From positions 13,143,375-13,207,374 of the forward strand of contig OZ316897.1 of the NCBI GenBank assembly GCA_973895155.1: 64,000 bases of DNA. Reading direction: 5' to 3'. Positions 1-13,155 of the stretch are shown piece by piece. The position numbers and the translations under genes are program-made. The notes below the pieces were generated by a model that was not told the origin of the DNA, did not search any database, and worked only from the letters and a program-made list of their open reading frames with translations. The stretch is from Marsupella aquatica. Its lineage: Eukaryota > Plantae > Marchantiophyta. Numbering within the stretch: position 1 is the stretch's first letter; the number at the start of each line of letters is the position of its first letter.

Positions 1-200
1 AGTATCTGGTTTGACTAGTGAAGATAATATTTGCCACCTGAGGCTAGAATGGTGACGCTTTCAGTGCAGGACATTTCCCCGTAGAGGTGATCATAGGTTC
101 TGGGCCTACAATCTGTCGCTTGACCTGTGGGAAATTCACAGCAACCCGAACCAAAGAAATTTTACAGAACCGACGTCGCCTACATCTCACTGAGAGCTAC

Positions 201-3200
201 TCAGTTAGATGTCAATTTTAGACTGACATCCCAGAGCTTCTTGGCTGCCTCCGCATCATCAGTCAGAGAAGTCAATTTGCTCACCTTAAACTCACTGCAA
301 TCGTTATAAAACTTCCCACTGACACCTTCCAAGGATGGATGGAGGGCGACATAGCACGTCGTTGCGGCTCCCTGCACGTGAAATGTCAGGTCTACCACCG
401 AAGAGATCACTAGTGGTTACTGTAAAATATTGCATCTACAATTGAATTGAGAACTGAACTGATTCCACGAAGCCAATTGGCAGATGTGTATGAACAGGAC
501 TTACCTGAGGTACGGTCTTCCACGCAAAAGATGTGGCATAGTAAACGAAAGTAATCAGACCTACAATTTGCGTATACCCAAGATCGAAAGGACGTTAGAC
601 ATCCACGAGCCATACAGCTAAGTAACCACAATAACATCTCTTTGACACGTCGCATCAAAGGTATATGGAACATTGAGCGAAAGCCTGAAATCAATCTCAA
701 CTATTAGAGAACCCCAGACTCAGAACTCTGATAGCCAAGATATCACCTACAAAGCGTACAGTCCCAAGTGACAAGTTCTAGCTTACGGTGGGTGGTATGC
801 ATCTCGTAGTTCATAAGTTGAAAGAAAAACAAGGCGCTATAATAGGCTAGCTTAATTGTATATTCTAAGGAATCGATCGCGAAGCGATTGAAATTTGGTT
901 CCTGAAGTCCTCTCTGTTATAAAGGCGATTGAAGGACTTACGCTTCAAGACACCACCAACTTGTCGCAGTAGATTTGTCTTGATAATGCCCGGATGAAGG
1001 GCATTTATCGTCACATTTGTCACTCCCTCTTCCTGCTTAAATAACATGATCATAAACAAGCTAATTCAGTCAAATAATCAAGTTATTTCTCACTCGTTCA
1101 TTAGTTAGAAATGTATGAACGAACCAACTTCGTCAACGATAATTCTGCTCTAATTCCTGCAAACTCCTTAGGCACAAACCGCGGCCCTGCTTAAGAAGAT
1201 TGAATTCGGGTTTACATTTAACTAGAATCTTACGGTACCTGGAGTCGTCGGCTTAGTTCTTGAGCGTGATAAACATTTGCAATCTTGGATAAAGCATATG
1301 CTTTAACTGAACTGTATCTGTTACAAGTCGAATAGTTCGGTAAAGTTAGAGGTTAGAGGTTCCTTCCAAGTTCGTGGTAGGCCACTTAGTCAGACAAGAA
1401 CCGATGAGTTTGAAAGCGTGGAGTTTTGAGTGGAGCAACTGAGTTTGTGTTGAACTCGAACACGGCTTATCAGATTGATAGTGGAATACCGTTTCTCGTC
1501 GGTAATATTATCCCACTGCACGGCAGCTTTGGAGGTCCAACTTAAAGCATTTGACGACACATTGACAACTCTACTTTCAATCCCCGTAGCATTGGCTGTC
1601 TCTTTCAGCTTCTCCAGTAGGAGGTTGGTTAACAGGAAATGTCCTGCACGCGTACCACAAAGTACCTACATCAGTTGGAGAGAAGGATGAGACTTCAGCT
1701 CGCAAAGGCACTAGATGTGTTACATCTGGGGAGACTCCAAAATAATGTGCTACATCTGGGGAGACTCCAAAATAATTTCGCATCGGAGACAAAGCGGCAG
1801 GGGAGAAATGGTTACGTTGGAGACTTCTTCAGGTTTGAAAAAGCAAAGAACACATAGCTGCAACAGACACTTTAGTACTCTTGGGATTCCGCAGACATAC
1901 GTACCTATATGGTTTATCCCGAAGTTACTTTCGATGCCATCCTCGGTTAGCGCAAATGGAGCTAGCATAATTCCTGCATTGTTTCTTCAAGAGAAAACTA
2001 ACAAGTGAATGCGATAACATAGAGTTTAAGGACCCCAGCCAAGCTACACGCGGACCAAAGAAATCGTAACCAGACAAACTTCAAATTTCATAACAGTAAG
2101 TCTTTATGCAATTGGACTAATCCAACTCTCCGAACAAAAACACCCACATTTGCTTGGTATCTGGTAAGCTGACGACTAACGATATTGCCAGGGCAAACTA
2201 AACCAAAAGGACGTGACCAAGCTGATAAAAAGTAGAGAAAATGTGGAAGTCATAAATAGTACATCGGCTGCATGGGCAAGAAGAGGGATGACTTCAATGT
2301 AAACGATCACGGCCCTAGATGATTCAAGCTCTTCCGTTAATATTGAAGAGTAAGGTACTCACATCAAAAGATTCAGCGGCCTCTCAAGCGCCAGAAAGCT
2401 TTCAGCACTCTTCCTGATAGAAGCTTGTGAGGTGAGGTCAAGTGGAGCCAGGATGTCAACCTTGGCGTTGGGTACTTCTTTCAAAATGTTTTCCTTCGTC
2501 GATGTAGCGGATTGAACATTGCGGCCGCCGATGTATACATGACCACCACGTAATGCAAGGACGCGAGCTGTCTCGGTACCGATTCCGCTCGTAGCTCCTA
2601 CCAATTGGGCAGCCACGGAAAGAAATCACTTAGAACAAATATTCGTACGGTTTGGATTCCAGAAAGATAAGGTCAGCCTCCAGAAACGCCATCTCTAAGT
2701 TCTCAACTTCGTGATGAGTAGTCTAAATGGAGAACTCAACTTCATAATGAGTCCTCCTCTGCTTAAATTCACACGCCGACGGTTGGCATGGCACACATTC
2801 AATCGAATAGAGCGACTAGAGCCAGTTAAACGGCACAGATGTTCCTCACTGAAGTGGCTCTAGTCGCTCTATTCGATTGAATGTGTGCCATGCCAACCGT
2901 CGGCATCGCCAAAAGATTTCAATGTGTCCATTCTCGGGATTCACAACACTTAACATGACATTTCAACGGTCCTCAGAATCTGATCTATCGAATCGAATCG
3001 AATAGCAATTGCCCAAATGAAAGTTTCGTTCTGTTCAGATTTATCGACTATCGAGCACAGATGGGCGGATTCCCATGCAGCGTACACAACGTACACGTAC
3101 CCCAGAGCGAGAATAGAGAGAACTACGACAGCGACAATTTGAAATCGGCGGGGAAAACCGAAGGCCTCCAATTGAAGAGTAAATCTTCGACCCTCGAAAA

Positions 3201-3668
3201 TGTCTAGTGGAGAAAGTCTGAAGGACGCATTATGTTTCCCTACGACATTGTAGACATTCAGTGGACACCGCACAGATACTCATCTCCAAATTTCAGTCAG
3301 GAGAAGCTCATCGATCATGCGCATTTTTACCTTCCTCGCTTAACAAACGAATGCAAATAGGCAGACCGGAAAAAAATTCGAAAGAAACATAGAGGGGAAT
3401 TGAGACGATCAGAACAGTCTTGAAAATCCCAACCAAGTAAATGCAAGACAAGAGTTCGATTGCACGAACAGAATCTGGCCCGACATTCGTGGGTCTTCCT
3501 AGTCCTAATGCTCTCCCTGTTGCCCTTCAGCGTGCCACAGCACAGTCAGACAAGCAGGACCAGAAACAAACCGGTGATGATGACCGTAAGCTTGGAAGCG
3601 TCGATGCCCTCCGTCACCTGCTCGGCCGTAGTCTTGGCTCCAAACCCAGATTTGCTACTCCCCACCAT
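201..3668 (-). CDS. Short-chain dehydrogenase/reductase, TIC32/retinol-dehydrogenase-like (8 exons)
   Basis: Exons joined by hand with GT-AG borders and a continuous frame: 3668-3572 (MVGSSKSGFGAKTTAEQVTEGIDASKLTVIIT), 2597-2363 (GATSGIG Rossmann motif), 1984-1905 (NNAG), 1643-1490, 1317-1239 (YALSK = YxxxK), 1032-942 (LHPG), 560-505, 371-201 (GAATTCYVALHP...LWDVS, TGA). Confidence 0.92.
1714..1774. repeat. 30-bp tandem duplication in an SDR intron
   Basis: atgtg(t/c)tacatctggggagactccaaaata occurs twice. Confidence 0.85.
2775..2904. repeat. Perfect 50-bp inverted repeat with a 30-nt loop in SDR intron 1
   Basis: 2775-2824 (gccgacggttggcatggcacacattcaatcgaatagagcgactagagcca) is the exact reverse complement of 2855-2904. 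Confidence 0.93.
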
Positions 3669-4064
3669 GATTCAATCAATCACTTAATGACAACTTCTTC
3701 GCATGAAAATCAATCAAACCACACTATACTATACTACACGACATGGAAAAACTCGTGAACTCCTTCCAATGAAATCACTGGTACTCGTCAAATCCGGACC
3801 TCGGCCAATTCACCACACCACACTAATGCACCTTTGCTAGCTCTACGGAGTTTCCACTAACTTTGTAGAGTTGCGAGTGACGAACACAGGCATTCATGCA
3901 GCGAATACCTTGCTTCAGATGCACGCAAAAACGCCATGAACCAATCACTCACGCAATCACATGACTCGAGCTCGAGGGCCCAGCTCCGCGAGGCGTGGAG
4001 GGCTGGAGGCTTGGCATTGCCCGTGCAGGTACTGTAGTCCATGTTGAAACTGCGTGCTGAAACT

Positions 4065-4735
4065 GCGCAGTAAACATGAGACCGCAGTGCTCATTGACAC
4101 ACTGTAGTAAACATGTGACTCGTATTGCTTGCTTACATGGTGATGCTGCATAGTAAACATGGGACCCTAGCACTCGTTGGCACTGTGTAGTGAATATGTG
4201 ACCATAGCGCTTGTTTACACCTGTGACATTGTGCAGTAAATATGGGACCATAGTCCAACACTGCGCAATAAAGATGTGACAGGAAACACGTGACCATAGT
4301 GCTTGTTTATACCGGTGACACTCTGCAGTGAACATGGGATTGTAGTGTTTTGTTGACGCTATGTAGACAGTAAACATGTGACATTGCACAGTAAGCATGG
4401 GACCGTAGTGCTTGTTGATAGTGTGTAGTAAACACGTGACCGTAGTGCTTGTTTACACCTGTGGCACTTTGTTGTGAAGATGGGATCATAGTGCTTGTTT
4501 ACACTTGTGACACTTTGTTGTGAAGATGGGACCGTAGTGCTTGTTGACCCTACATAGTAAACATGTGATGACCATTGATAGTGCTTGTTGACAGTGTATA
4601 GTAATTTTGTGACCCTAGTGCTTGTTTAGACTTGTGACATTGCACAGTAAACATGGGACTATAGTGCTTGTTGACACTATGTAGTAATTATGTGACCATA
4701 ATGCTTATTTATAACTGTGACATTGTGCAGTAACG
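4065..4735. repeat. Degenerate tandem minisatellite upstream of the SDR gene (~40-45-bp subunits, ~85-bp dimer)
   Basis: Recurrent gtaaacatg(g/t)gaccatagtgcttgtt(t/g)acac(c/t)tgtgaca units. The ORFs here are repeat artefacts. Confidence 0.85.
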
Positions 4736-4905
4736 ATAAGACTTTGTCCCTATCCGTTATTCAGCCAAGTCAAATTCAAGTAAATCAATGGCTATAAATG
4801 TGATTACTTGAGTTACAATGTGAATACAAATGTGAGTTTTGGACAAAGAATATTCTACCCTATACTATTGTATTTATTTGGTTTAATTATGGCTGTCCAT
4901 TGAGC

Positions 4906-4983
4906 CAAGTTTGGACTTAACAGGGCCCTCTGATATTTTCTTTACTGGAAGATGGCAGAGGGGCCCTGTTAAGTCTAAACTTG
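4906..4983. repeat. Short inverted repeat (23-bp arms, 1 mismatch)
   Basis: caagtttggacttaacagggccc ... gggccctgttaagtctaaacttg. Confidence 0.8.
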
Positions 4984-6418
4984 CCATTAAGAAACAACAA
5001 TAATCAATATTGTTCCTTCTCTTTCTGTTCGTGCATCTTAATCATTCAACATCATTATTTCATTGTGTGGTTTTGTCCTATTGAGGGTTTTTCTTTGTTT
5101 CAGTAAGAGGTTTCTTGTGGAAAGCGTCCATAGGATTTTACTTTTCTTCCTAAGTAAATGCTTCCTGAATTTCCATGAGATTTGAAAATGACTCTCCTGT
5201 CAAAATTGGCTTGAAGGTTTTTGAGATTTACTGCAAAATGTTTTGAGATGCGAGGGATGGGCATATAGGGGGGCTGCATAAGAACTTGAAGGCTGGTGTT
5301 TTTTTTTAATGTCTGAGATGTAATTCTAGCCATTTAAACATGGGAGCTGGCCAGACCTCACTTTCCATAAACTTGGGGGCACAATCTGGCAAAACCATTA
5401 GCTATCTTAGTCACATGCTACTTGGCCCATTGTAGCCAGGCTTTTTATAAAAAACTTAGACCACCTCTTGAGGTTGTCTAAAGAATGGACTGCTTAATTG
5501 GTGAATTTCTATTCAGTATCTTGCATTTATTTTCACCAGATGGGATGCATTTATCTCAACTCTTCAATGGTGAACAATCACTATTGGTGTCCTTAAGTTC
5601 TTCTAAAGACCCCCAAAATGATGTAAAGGACATATTTACTAAAAAGAACCAAACAACGTACAATGAAGTGAAAGCAAGTGAGGATGAACTCAAAAGAAGA
5701 GTGCAAATGCAACTCAAATCCTGGAATTGAAAGATTAAAAATAAGTGATAAAGATACTGTACCATTGCAATATTGTGACAGCTAAATGGTCCACAACCAG
5801 TGCAATACTGGGATAAACTAACGGTCCACATCTAGTGTCCTCCCAAAGTTCTTAGAAAGCCCCCTAAAGTGTACTGTCTTGTTATACTGGAAGGCTGCAA
5901 CTCCACGCAGCTTACAGTGTAAGAGTACAAAAAGTCTGCATTATTTAACTGTTTTTCTAGGAAATGCGGAGGTAGAGAAGAGTAAAGTGACTCAATTATT
6001 TATTCTTTAGTCATTAAAGGTTTCTTCTGGTGGTGATAAGTGGACAACCTCGCCAGTCGGCAAAGAAGTACAGCACCTCATTTTATTTTCCATGTACCAC
6101 AACAACCGAGCCAGCCAGTCAACAAAGATGGACAGCCGCTAGTTTTTTTCCATGTCTTATAACTTTCGTATCATACAAAGGTTATCTTTGGGTAACTATT
6201 TCTACTCCATGTTGCTACTTTCATAATCTTGTGCCCAAGAATTTATAGCAAAGGAACCATTCTCCTGACCAAAAATTACACATGAAAACCTATGTCTGGG
6301 TTGGGATTCAAGTCTATAATCCTGCCTCCGCTCCCGAATGCTTGAAAATTTTTGGCCATATTATTGGACAACCGAGGTCTGGGCTGGGGCGTCCCTATGC
6401 TATAAGCCTGCGTCCGGA

Positions 6419-6595
6419 GAGATATGTTTAGTAGACCCCTTTCTGGAAAAACTTTGCTTAATCAACCCCCTCTATACTTGTCTCCAATCTGGACTATCAA
6501 TGGACCTTTTGATCTCAGATCTGGACCGTTGATAGACCTCAGGGGGTCGATCAAGTAACAAATTTCATTTTGGGGGTCGATCAAGCAAATAACTC
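6419..6595. mobile_element. Mutator-like MITE, copy 1, with an 11-bp target-site duplication
   Basis: Imperfect TIRs GAGATATGTTTAGTAGACCCC / GGGGTCGATCAAGCAAATAACTC, flanked by the direct repeat ctgcgtccgga (6408-6418 and 6596-6606). A second copy lies at 21862-22068. GAG...CTC ends and 9-11-bp TSDs are typical of the Mutator superfamily. Confidence 0.75.
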
Positions 6596-6649
6596 CTGCG
6601 TCCGGAATGTTTGGAAAAGCTTCTTGGAGGCTATATACAAATACAACAG

Positions 6650-6855
6650 GGGAGCCGGTCAGCAAAGATGGACAGCCCCTCAATGTTTTCTCCCATGGCA
6701 CAACAACAACCAAGCCAGCCAGTCAGGAAAGATGGAAAGCCCCTCAGTTTTTATTCCATGGCACAACAACAACCGAGCCAGCCAGTCAGCAAAGGAGGAC
6801 AACGCCTCAATTTTTGTTCCAACGTCACAAAAATTACCGAGCCAGCCAGTCAGCT
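6650..6855. repeat. ~63-bp tandem repeat, with related copies at ~6040-6155
   Basis: ccatggcacaacaacaacc(a/g)agccagccagtcag(c/g)aaaga(t/g)gga units. Confidence 0.8.
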
Positions 6856-7563
6856 GACCACAAGTGAGAAGCTCTGATTGAGTCGAATGTAATTGGAAAA
6901 AAGAGTCCTGGCAAAACACCCACAAAGAATGCACCACGTGCAAAAGTGACGACTCCAGCTGCAGGACGTTTGCATTCTCTACCATGATCGATGAGACACC
7001 TGTTAGCTTCGAGGATGCTCCCATGACCTATGAAACGATCCTCAATGCTCTCTCCATGATCTGACTGTATGATGATCAAACAAACACTCTCCAAAAGTGT
7101 GTGCTGCTACTGCTAATCTCCTCTTGAGTGGACCCGTTTTCGCACTCTTGCTTTTTCAGGCTCTCCAAAGCAGAACAATAATAGCTTCCAGGTTCCAGAG
7201 AAGGTTTGATTTCTGGCTTTTGATTCCTTTTCACATCCTGCGTTCGTCCTTTCATTGTGGTACTTTTTCCTCCTCTTCGATCTGGGTTTTCTGTTCCATT
7301 CCATTCTACTCTAGCTTTTGAGATCTAGATCTAAGCGTGCGAGAGTGATCCTTTTCTGTGGGCATTTTCTTGGGGAATATCCTGTTCCCCCTTATCTCTC
7401 TGGCGGGATGTTGTGAATCGCAAGCAGGGCTTCGTTTCCCAGATTGACACACTCTTCCTTCCTTCGAGTGATTCGCAATTGACGCACTGGTAGAGCCAAA
7501 GACGAGAAATTGGGTCTGCTGCATTTGTCGTTCGATAGCTCAAGCTTGCTCGGGTTTACGCAA

Positions 7564-9315
7564 ATGGGGCCGTTCAAGGTGATCGAGGTGGCAACCAAGC
7601 CCTACGATGGCCAGAAGCCCGGTACCTCGGGATTGAGGAAGAAGGTGACGGTATTCCAACAGGAGCACTATTTGGCCAACTTTGTTCAAGCGACTTTCAA
7701 TTCTCTTCCGGCTTCCAAAGTGAAAGGATCGACAATTGTGGTGTCTGGTGATGGTCGATACTACTCAAAGGAGGCTATTCAGTTGATCATCGAAATTGCC
7801 GCTGGAAATGGAGTGAAAGGAGTGTGGGTGGGCCACGATGGGCTTCTGTCGACGCCTGCAGTGTCGGCCATTGTCCGCAATCGGGTCGGGTTGGGTGGAG
7901 AAAAAGCATATGGAGCTTTCATATTGACTGCCAGCCACAATCCAGGAGGCCCCCATGAGGACTTCGGAATCAAGTACAACACTGAGAATGGAGGGCCAGC
8001 CCTAGAAGGGCTAACGGACAGCATTTATGAAGTCACCAAGACTATTAGCAAGTACCATATTGCAGAGGGAATTCCTGTGGTTGATATATCAAAGGTCGTC
8101 ATTTCAAAGTTTGAGGGCCCCAATGGGCCCTTTGAGGTGGATGTGTTTGATGCAACAGATGAGTATACGGCACTCATGAAAACCATCTTCGATTTCGAAG
8201 CAATCAAAGTGCTGTTGCATCGTCCTGGCTTCTCGTTCCTCTTTGATGGACTGCATGGCGTAGCTGGAGTGTACGCAACGAGAATCTTCGTGAAAGAACT
8301 GGGTGCGAAAGAAACTTCATTGATCAACTGCGTCCCAAAGGAGGACTTCGGTGGAGGTCACCCAGATCCGAACTTGACCTATGCGAAAGAGTTGGTGCAT
8401 CGCTCGGGCCTTGGAAAATCGCCTCCAGCTGAGGAGATTCCGGAGTTCGGAGCAGCAGCAGATGGCGATGCAGATCGCAATATGATCTTGGGCAAGAAAT
8501 TCTTCGTGACTCCATCAGACTCAGTTGCTATCATCGCCGCAAACGCCGTTGGTTCAATTCCGTACTTTAGCGCCGGTTTAAAGGGGGTTGCAAGGAGTAT
8601 GCCAACATCAGCTGCTCTGGACGTGGTTGCTAAGAAGCTGGGCCTGAAGCAGTTTGAGGTCCCAACCGGGTGGAAGTTCTTTGGCAACCTTATGGATGCT
8701 GGAATGTGTTCCATCTGTGGAGAAGAGAGCTTTGGAACAGGATCGGATCATATCAGAGAGAAGGATGGCATCTGGGCTGTTCTGGCGTGGCTTTCCATCC
8801 TGGCTTACAGGAACAAGGATGTTCCAGCAGGTGGGAAAGTGGTCACTGTTGAGGACATTGTCACTCAGCATTGGGCCACTTACGGCCGGCATTTTTACAC
8901 ACGTTACGATTACGAGAATGTTGACGCAGGTGCTGCCAAGGACATGATGGCTCATTTGGTGAAGCTTCAGTCAGATGTTCCAGCCATTAACAAGATTGTT
9001 AAAGAGGTCAATCCTGAGGTCTCAGAAGTTGACCACGGGGATGAGTTTGAGTACAAGGACCCAGTTGATGGCTCTGTGTCCAGCCACCAAGGAATTCGAT
9101 TCTTGTTCAAGGATGGCTCTAGGCTGATTTTCCGCCTCTCTGGAACTGGCTCAGTTGGTGCAACAATTCGTGTATACATCGAACAGTACGAATCAGATTC
9201 AACCAAGACTGGCAAAGATGCATCAGAAGCTTTAGCACCTCTTGTTGCTGTTGCTCTAACCCTAGCAAAGATCGAAGAGTTTACTGGCCGCAGTAGCCCA
9301 ACTGTCATCACATAG
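7564..9315 (+). CDS. PGM: Cytosolic phosphoglucomutase, intronless CDS (583 aa)
   Basis: First ATG at 7564 ([28 protein letters not shown]). Motifs TASHNP (catalytic Ser), DGDADR (metal binding) and CGEESFGTG; ends [11 protein letters not shown]. No transit peptide. Confidence 0.97.
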   Translation: MGPFKVIEVATKPYDGQKPGTSGLRKKVTVFQQEHYLANFVQATFNSLPASKVKGSTIVVSGDGRYYSKEAIQLIIEIAAGNGVKGVWVGHDGLLSTPAVSAIVRNRVGLGGEKAYGAFILTASHNPGGPHEDFGIKYNTENGGPALEGLTDSIYEVTKTISKYHIAEGIPVVDISKVVISKFEGPNGPFEVDVFDATDEYTALMKTIFDFEAIKVLLHRPGFSFLFDGLHGVAGVYATRIFVKELGAKETSLINCVPKEDFGGGHPDPNLTYAKELVHRSGLGKSPPAEEIPEFGAAADGDADRNMILGKKFFVTPSDSVAIIAANAVGSIPYFSAGLKGVARSMPTSAALDVVAKKLGLKQFEVPTGWKFFGNLMDAGMCSICGEESFGTGSDHIREKDGIWAVLAWLSILAYRNKDVPAGGKVVTVEDIVTQHWATYGRHFYTRYDYENVDAGAAKDMMAHLVKLQSDVPAINKIVKEVNPEVSEVDHGDEFEYKDPVDGSVSSHQGIRFLFKDGSRLIFRLSGTGSVGATIRVYIEQYESDSTKTGKDASEALAPLVAVALTLAKIEEFTGRSSPTVIT

Positions 9316-10537
9316 ATGAAGAAGCTAGGTGGACCTTCGTTACAGTTCTGAAGATGGGCAATGTGGTTCAGCATCGATCCGGTTCTTCTTTGCCAAGATA
9401 AACTTAAGGTTTCCCACTTGCATATGTACCTCAGTCTTGCAGATGTACTTCAATGCGTGAAGTTCACCTTTGTCATCTAGCTATATCAGAATAGTTCGCA
9501 CGAAGTACTCACTAAGGAGGTGAAATTGTAACGGACTTGCACTTCAGTCAATGAAGTTCACATTTTGTCTTTAAATCTATTAGAGTAGTTCATACAGTAC
9601 CCACTAACGAGGTAAAATTGTAGCAAATGTCTAGATGCCCTTCGACAACCTGCATCCCAGAAGTGACCGCAAAGGTTAAATTAATCATGAACAAGTCCAA
9701 CGATACTCGAGACTCTTGTTGTTATTGTTGCTTTCCTTGTAATCTGTGATGAAATCTCAACTTTGTAGGATTACATGACAAATGTGAACTTTAAAAACTG
9801 ACAGGCATCACTAATTTGCCTCAGCATTGATGTCTAAAAAAATCCTTCCTGACAAAGGACCTAAGGTGTTCTTACCTTCACAACCCAACTATAATGCAAG
9901 CGCTGAAGGTGAGGCCTGGCACCTTCCTTCCTTATGTGAATTCATGTGAAAAAATAGAATAGCTCGTGCAATGCTGCATCCGGGATCAACAATCTGTCAA
10001 TTGAGGTTGGAAAGTAAGTGACGGACATACTGGGAAAAAATATGTACTGCACAAGGGGATAGGATATGCCATCGGTACAGTAGGCAAGATCATCACTTTT
10101 GTATCACCTGTGGGATATGCTCCATAAGTAATCCAAGTGCCACTTTGTTCAACTTGGATATGTTGAGAATGGAACAAGTGCCACTTCGAGTCAGGTTACA
10201 GCTATCCGAGTTACATCAAAATTCGATCTCAGCACTAGTAAATTATCAAAACTGACGACTGTACAAGTGTGTAACTCTTTGTATGGACAGCTGAGGAGCC
10301 CGTCGAACTAGCATGCATGCACCCAGTAATCCTAAAGAGAGCACACCATAGGCAACAGACACCCTTCATTCAATGGGGCACTAACTACTTTCAATCTTGT
10401 CACTGAAGATCACTAATAGCACGATGCACCACACTGAAGATATTGGCAGATAGTGCATTTGTGATCTTGTTCCCATGCTGTTCGTTGAAAATGCAGTGAT
10501 GGATTCATTACTTGCCCAAATCTATGGCCACGTGGAA

Positions 10538-10599
10538 TGACTAGTCGGTCCTTTCAGCAGGATCTGCTATGACTAGTCGGTCCTTTCAGCAGGATCTGC
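10538..10599. repeat. 31-bp perfect tandem duplication
   Basis: atgactagtcggtcctttcagcaggatctgc occurs twice. Confidence 0.9.
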
Positions 10600-13155
10600 C
10601 ACTGAAGTCAATAAATCATGTCTTGCAGCAGCCTATCAATATTCGACAACTTATTTGAATTGTCCTTTGCACAGACGACAACACAATTTGTGATTCAAAA
10701 CTTAATTTTCTGTTAGGCATTCCAGACCAACTTAAGAAGTCCAGACTTGTGTTGGTCATTTCTTTAGAATTGCACACAGCTTTTAGGAGGTACAATTGCT
10801 TGGCTTCTCTTTCTTTATTTTTCCTGACTATGCTTTGTTTTCTGTCCCTTCAACCTGTTTTGGGTATCGTTAAAGCAATTCATTCTCACATCCCAAACTA
10901 AGCAGAAGAAACAAGGTGGTCGAATTTACCACCGAGTCAGCAAGAGACCTGAAGACTCGGCAATTGTCCTCTTTGTAGTCAAGGCCATTGAAAAGCTGGC
11001 CATTTTAATGTTAGAACGTCTCACCTTTGAAATTTAAGCGTGAACTTCTTTCGTTTTCCTGTATATGTCTCTACTTGTAAGCTTGGACACGAAGATCTTT
11101 CTCTGGTCGGATGTTCAGTGTAAGTTGGGGTCGGTAAGGCTGCCTTTGCCCTCAATCACACAAATGACGTATGAGCCCGTTAACAACGGGATACAATACC
11201 TCATCAACGGCCCTGCAATGTGGGTTGAATATCACTTACATACTAGATCAAAGGTCTTCCTTGAACACACGAGTTTCAGTCTCTGTGATTTTACCTGTTT
11301 ACTATCATAGGTCAATCCAGTCACTTGACGCCTCGACTGTTCATTATGAGAAAGTAGTGGTGCCCGGCTATCCCTAAGATGTGCAAACAATAAGGGTGAT
11401 GATAGGAAATATCTGAAAAGTGTGGACAAAAATTGTTCCTGAGTCTGGATCGTTCCTAGTTTGGCTTTGGGCTGCTCAGCTTGGTTCTGTCACTGCTCGA
11501 TGGGGTCTAGGATCTGGGCTTTCCTTTCTTCATGGATAGCATCTTGTGTGGCAAGAGTAGACGTAACAAAAAGGAATATTCTCGCAGCTAACCCCAACCT
11601 CCATCCATCATTACCAAATTCTATCCGGTAATAGTCGAGATTTCGCTCAATCATTCTTCTTCAGATTCGTGGCGGGGATGACACTTTATAACAGGTTCTC
11701 TGTCATATCAGGCTTCGCAAGGGTGCGAGGGAGTTCACCTGTCCAGTTGCTGGATGGAAAATCTGAAATTGCACATAGTCCAAAACAGGCACTCTTCTTT
11801 CAGACAAATTTCAGATGGAGATTTTCCTCAAATCGCCATTTATTCATTTACTTTCAAGGTTTTGGCAAGGTGTAAAATTTGTTTCAAATCTAATCTTTTG
11901 ATTACTTTTCTCACACACGGGTTGCCCTGAAGATACCTTCAGAAGCTGTCGGACAAGCTGTTGCACCGCCCAGTATCCCATGCCAAAATTGCTTGTTGCA
12001 CAATCCGACATTTGTTTCTCTGGCCGATTGTTCTGAAGAGTGAATGATCGAGCTGGTGCTGATTCCAATTGAAGTGGAAGTAATTCGACCTTGCTGTCTT
12101 TATTCCTAAGTTTTTATCCAATGAAATCAACTCCTTCATGCATTCTTTCCTGTATTGTAAAAATCTGACCAAAGTTTTGCTTCTGTGGTGCCGACCGTAC
12201 CTGATCTCAGAGATTAATAGTGACTTGTTGGTAAGTGTAGCGGGCAGCTGAACAATCTGCTACCCAGATCTACTTTCCCACTGCCCTTGATGGCGAGGCA
12301 GCAACCCCTCATTAGAGCAGTTGTATTTGAAAATAAAAAGTGAAGACAAAATTCTATAAACTTAAACAGGGTGGTATTTGTGAATATTTCTGTTATAAAT
12401 ATTATCACCACTTTTCCGTTGGAATCAACTTTTATGAAAAAGGTGAGCCACACCACTTCATCAGCACTTTAGCAGGCTTTCCAGCAGAAGCTTTGATTGC
12501 GAAGAGACGGAAAGTCGCAAACAGATCCGAAGATTGACTGGAGATTGCGAGCGCGATGCGTAGTACTGTAGTAATGGGGAGAGGCTTTGATTCGAAGAGA
12601 CAGGAAGTCGTGAACAGATCTGAAGATTGACGACCTTGCGATTGCAAACGAGAGGGGTAGTACCGTAGTGTAATGGGGAAATGCTGGAACCATTCAGAGG
12701 CTTCCCACGAGAGTCAGTGGGGCAGGCTGCGACAATAATGATGATAATCATTGCGAGCTGAGATGGGGAGTTGGGGACTGAGGACAACAAAAATCCACCA
12801 GCACTAATAACGGGACAGACAACAAGAACGCCGACTTCAGCAAAGACAAAGCGCAGTAAACCTTCAACTCTATTGACGTTTAGATTAGTACAATACAGTA
12901 CCCAATAACAGTAGCAGCTTAATTAAAGGCAACCAGTTCAGACAGGTTAGCATGGAGGGGGATACATACGAAGCTTTTTCTCCACATGTACTCGGTGTTC
13001 CAACGATAGGTCTGCTGGCTGGTCCGGAGCTGCTACCCTGCGGAGATGATTGAATTGTGGTGCCGTATGTGGAGCTCTCTCCGGACAGAGAACCTCGATC
13101 TGAAGATTTGAAAGAGATTTCCACAATTTTTGTTGCTGGTGCTTTTCCGAAAAAA

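Noticed and set aside
3949-4489. Cys/His-rich ORFs in minisatellites (also 19851-20804, 26074-27679, 28198-28947, 53475-53675)
   Set aside because: Translations of tandem repeats, not genes.
7510-7563. N-terminal extension of PGM in the ORF track
   Set aside because: It starts at TTG. The first ATG at 7564 matches the cytosolic PGM N-terminus.
7765-9374. Multiple antisense or overlapping ORFs over PGM (similar shadows occur over the decarboxylase, RLK and transposase)
   Set aside because: Shadow ORFs of long coding sequences, with no motifs.
11400-12800. Coding-like fragments on the minus strand and a ~97-bp degenerate duplication (12490-12650)
   Set aside because: Multiple stops and no recognisable domain; cannot be assigned without a search.
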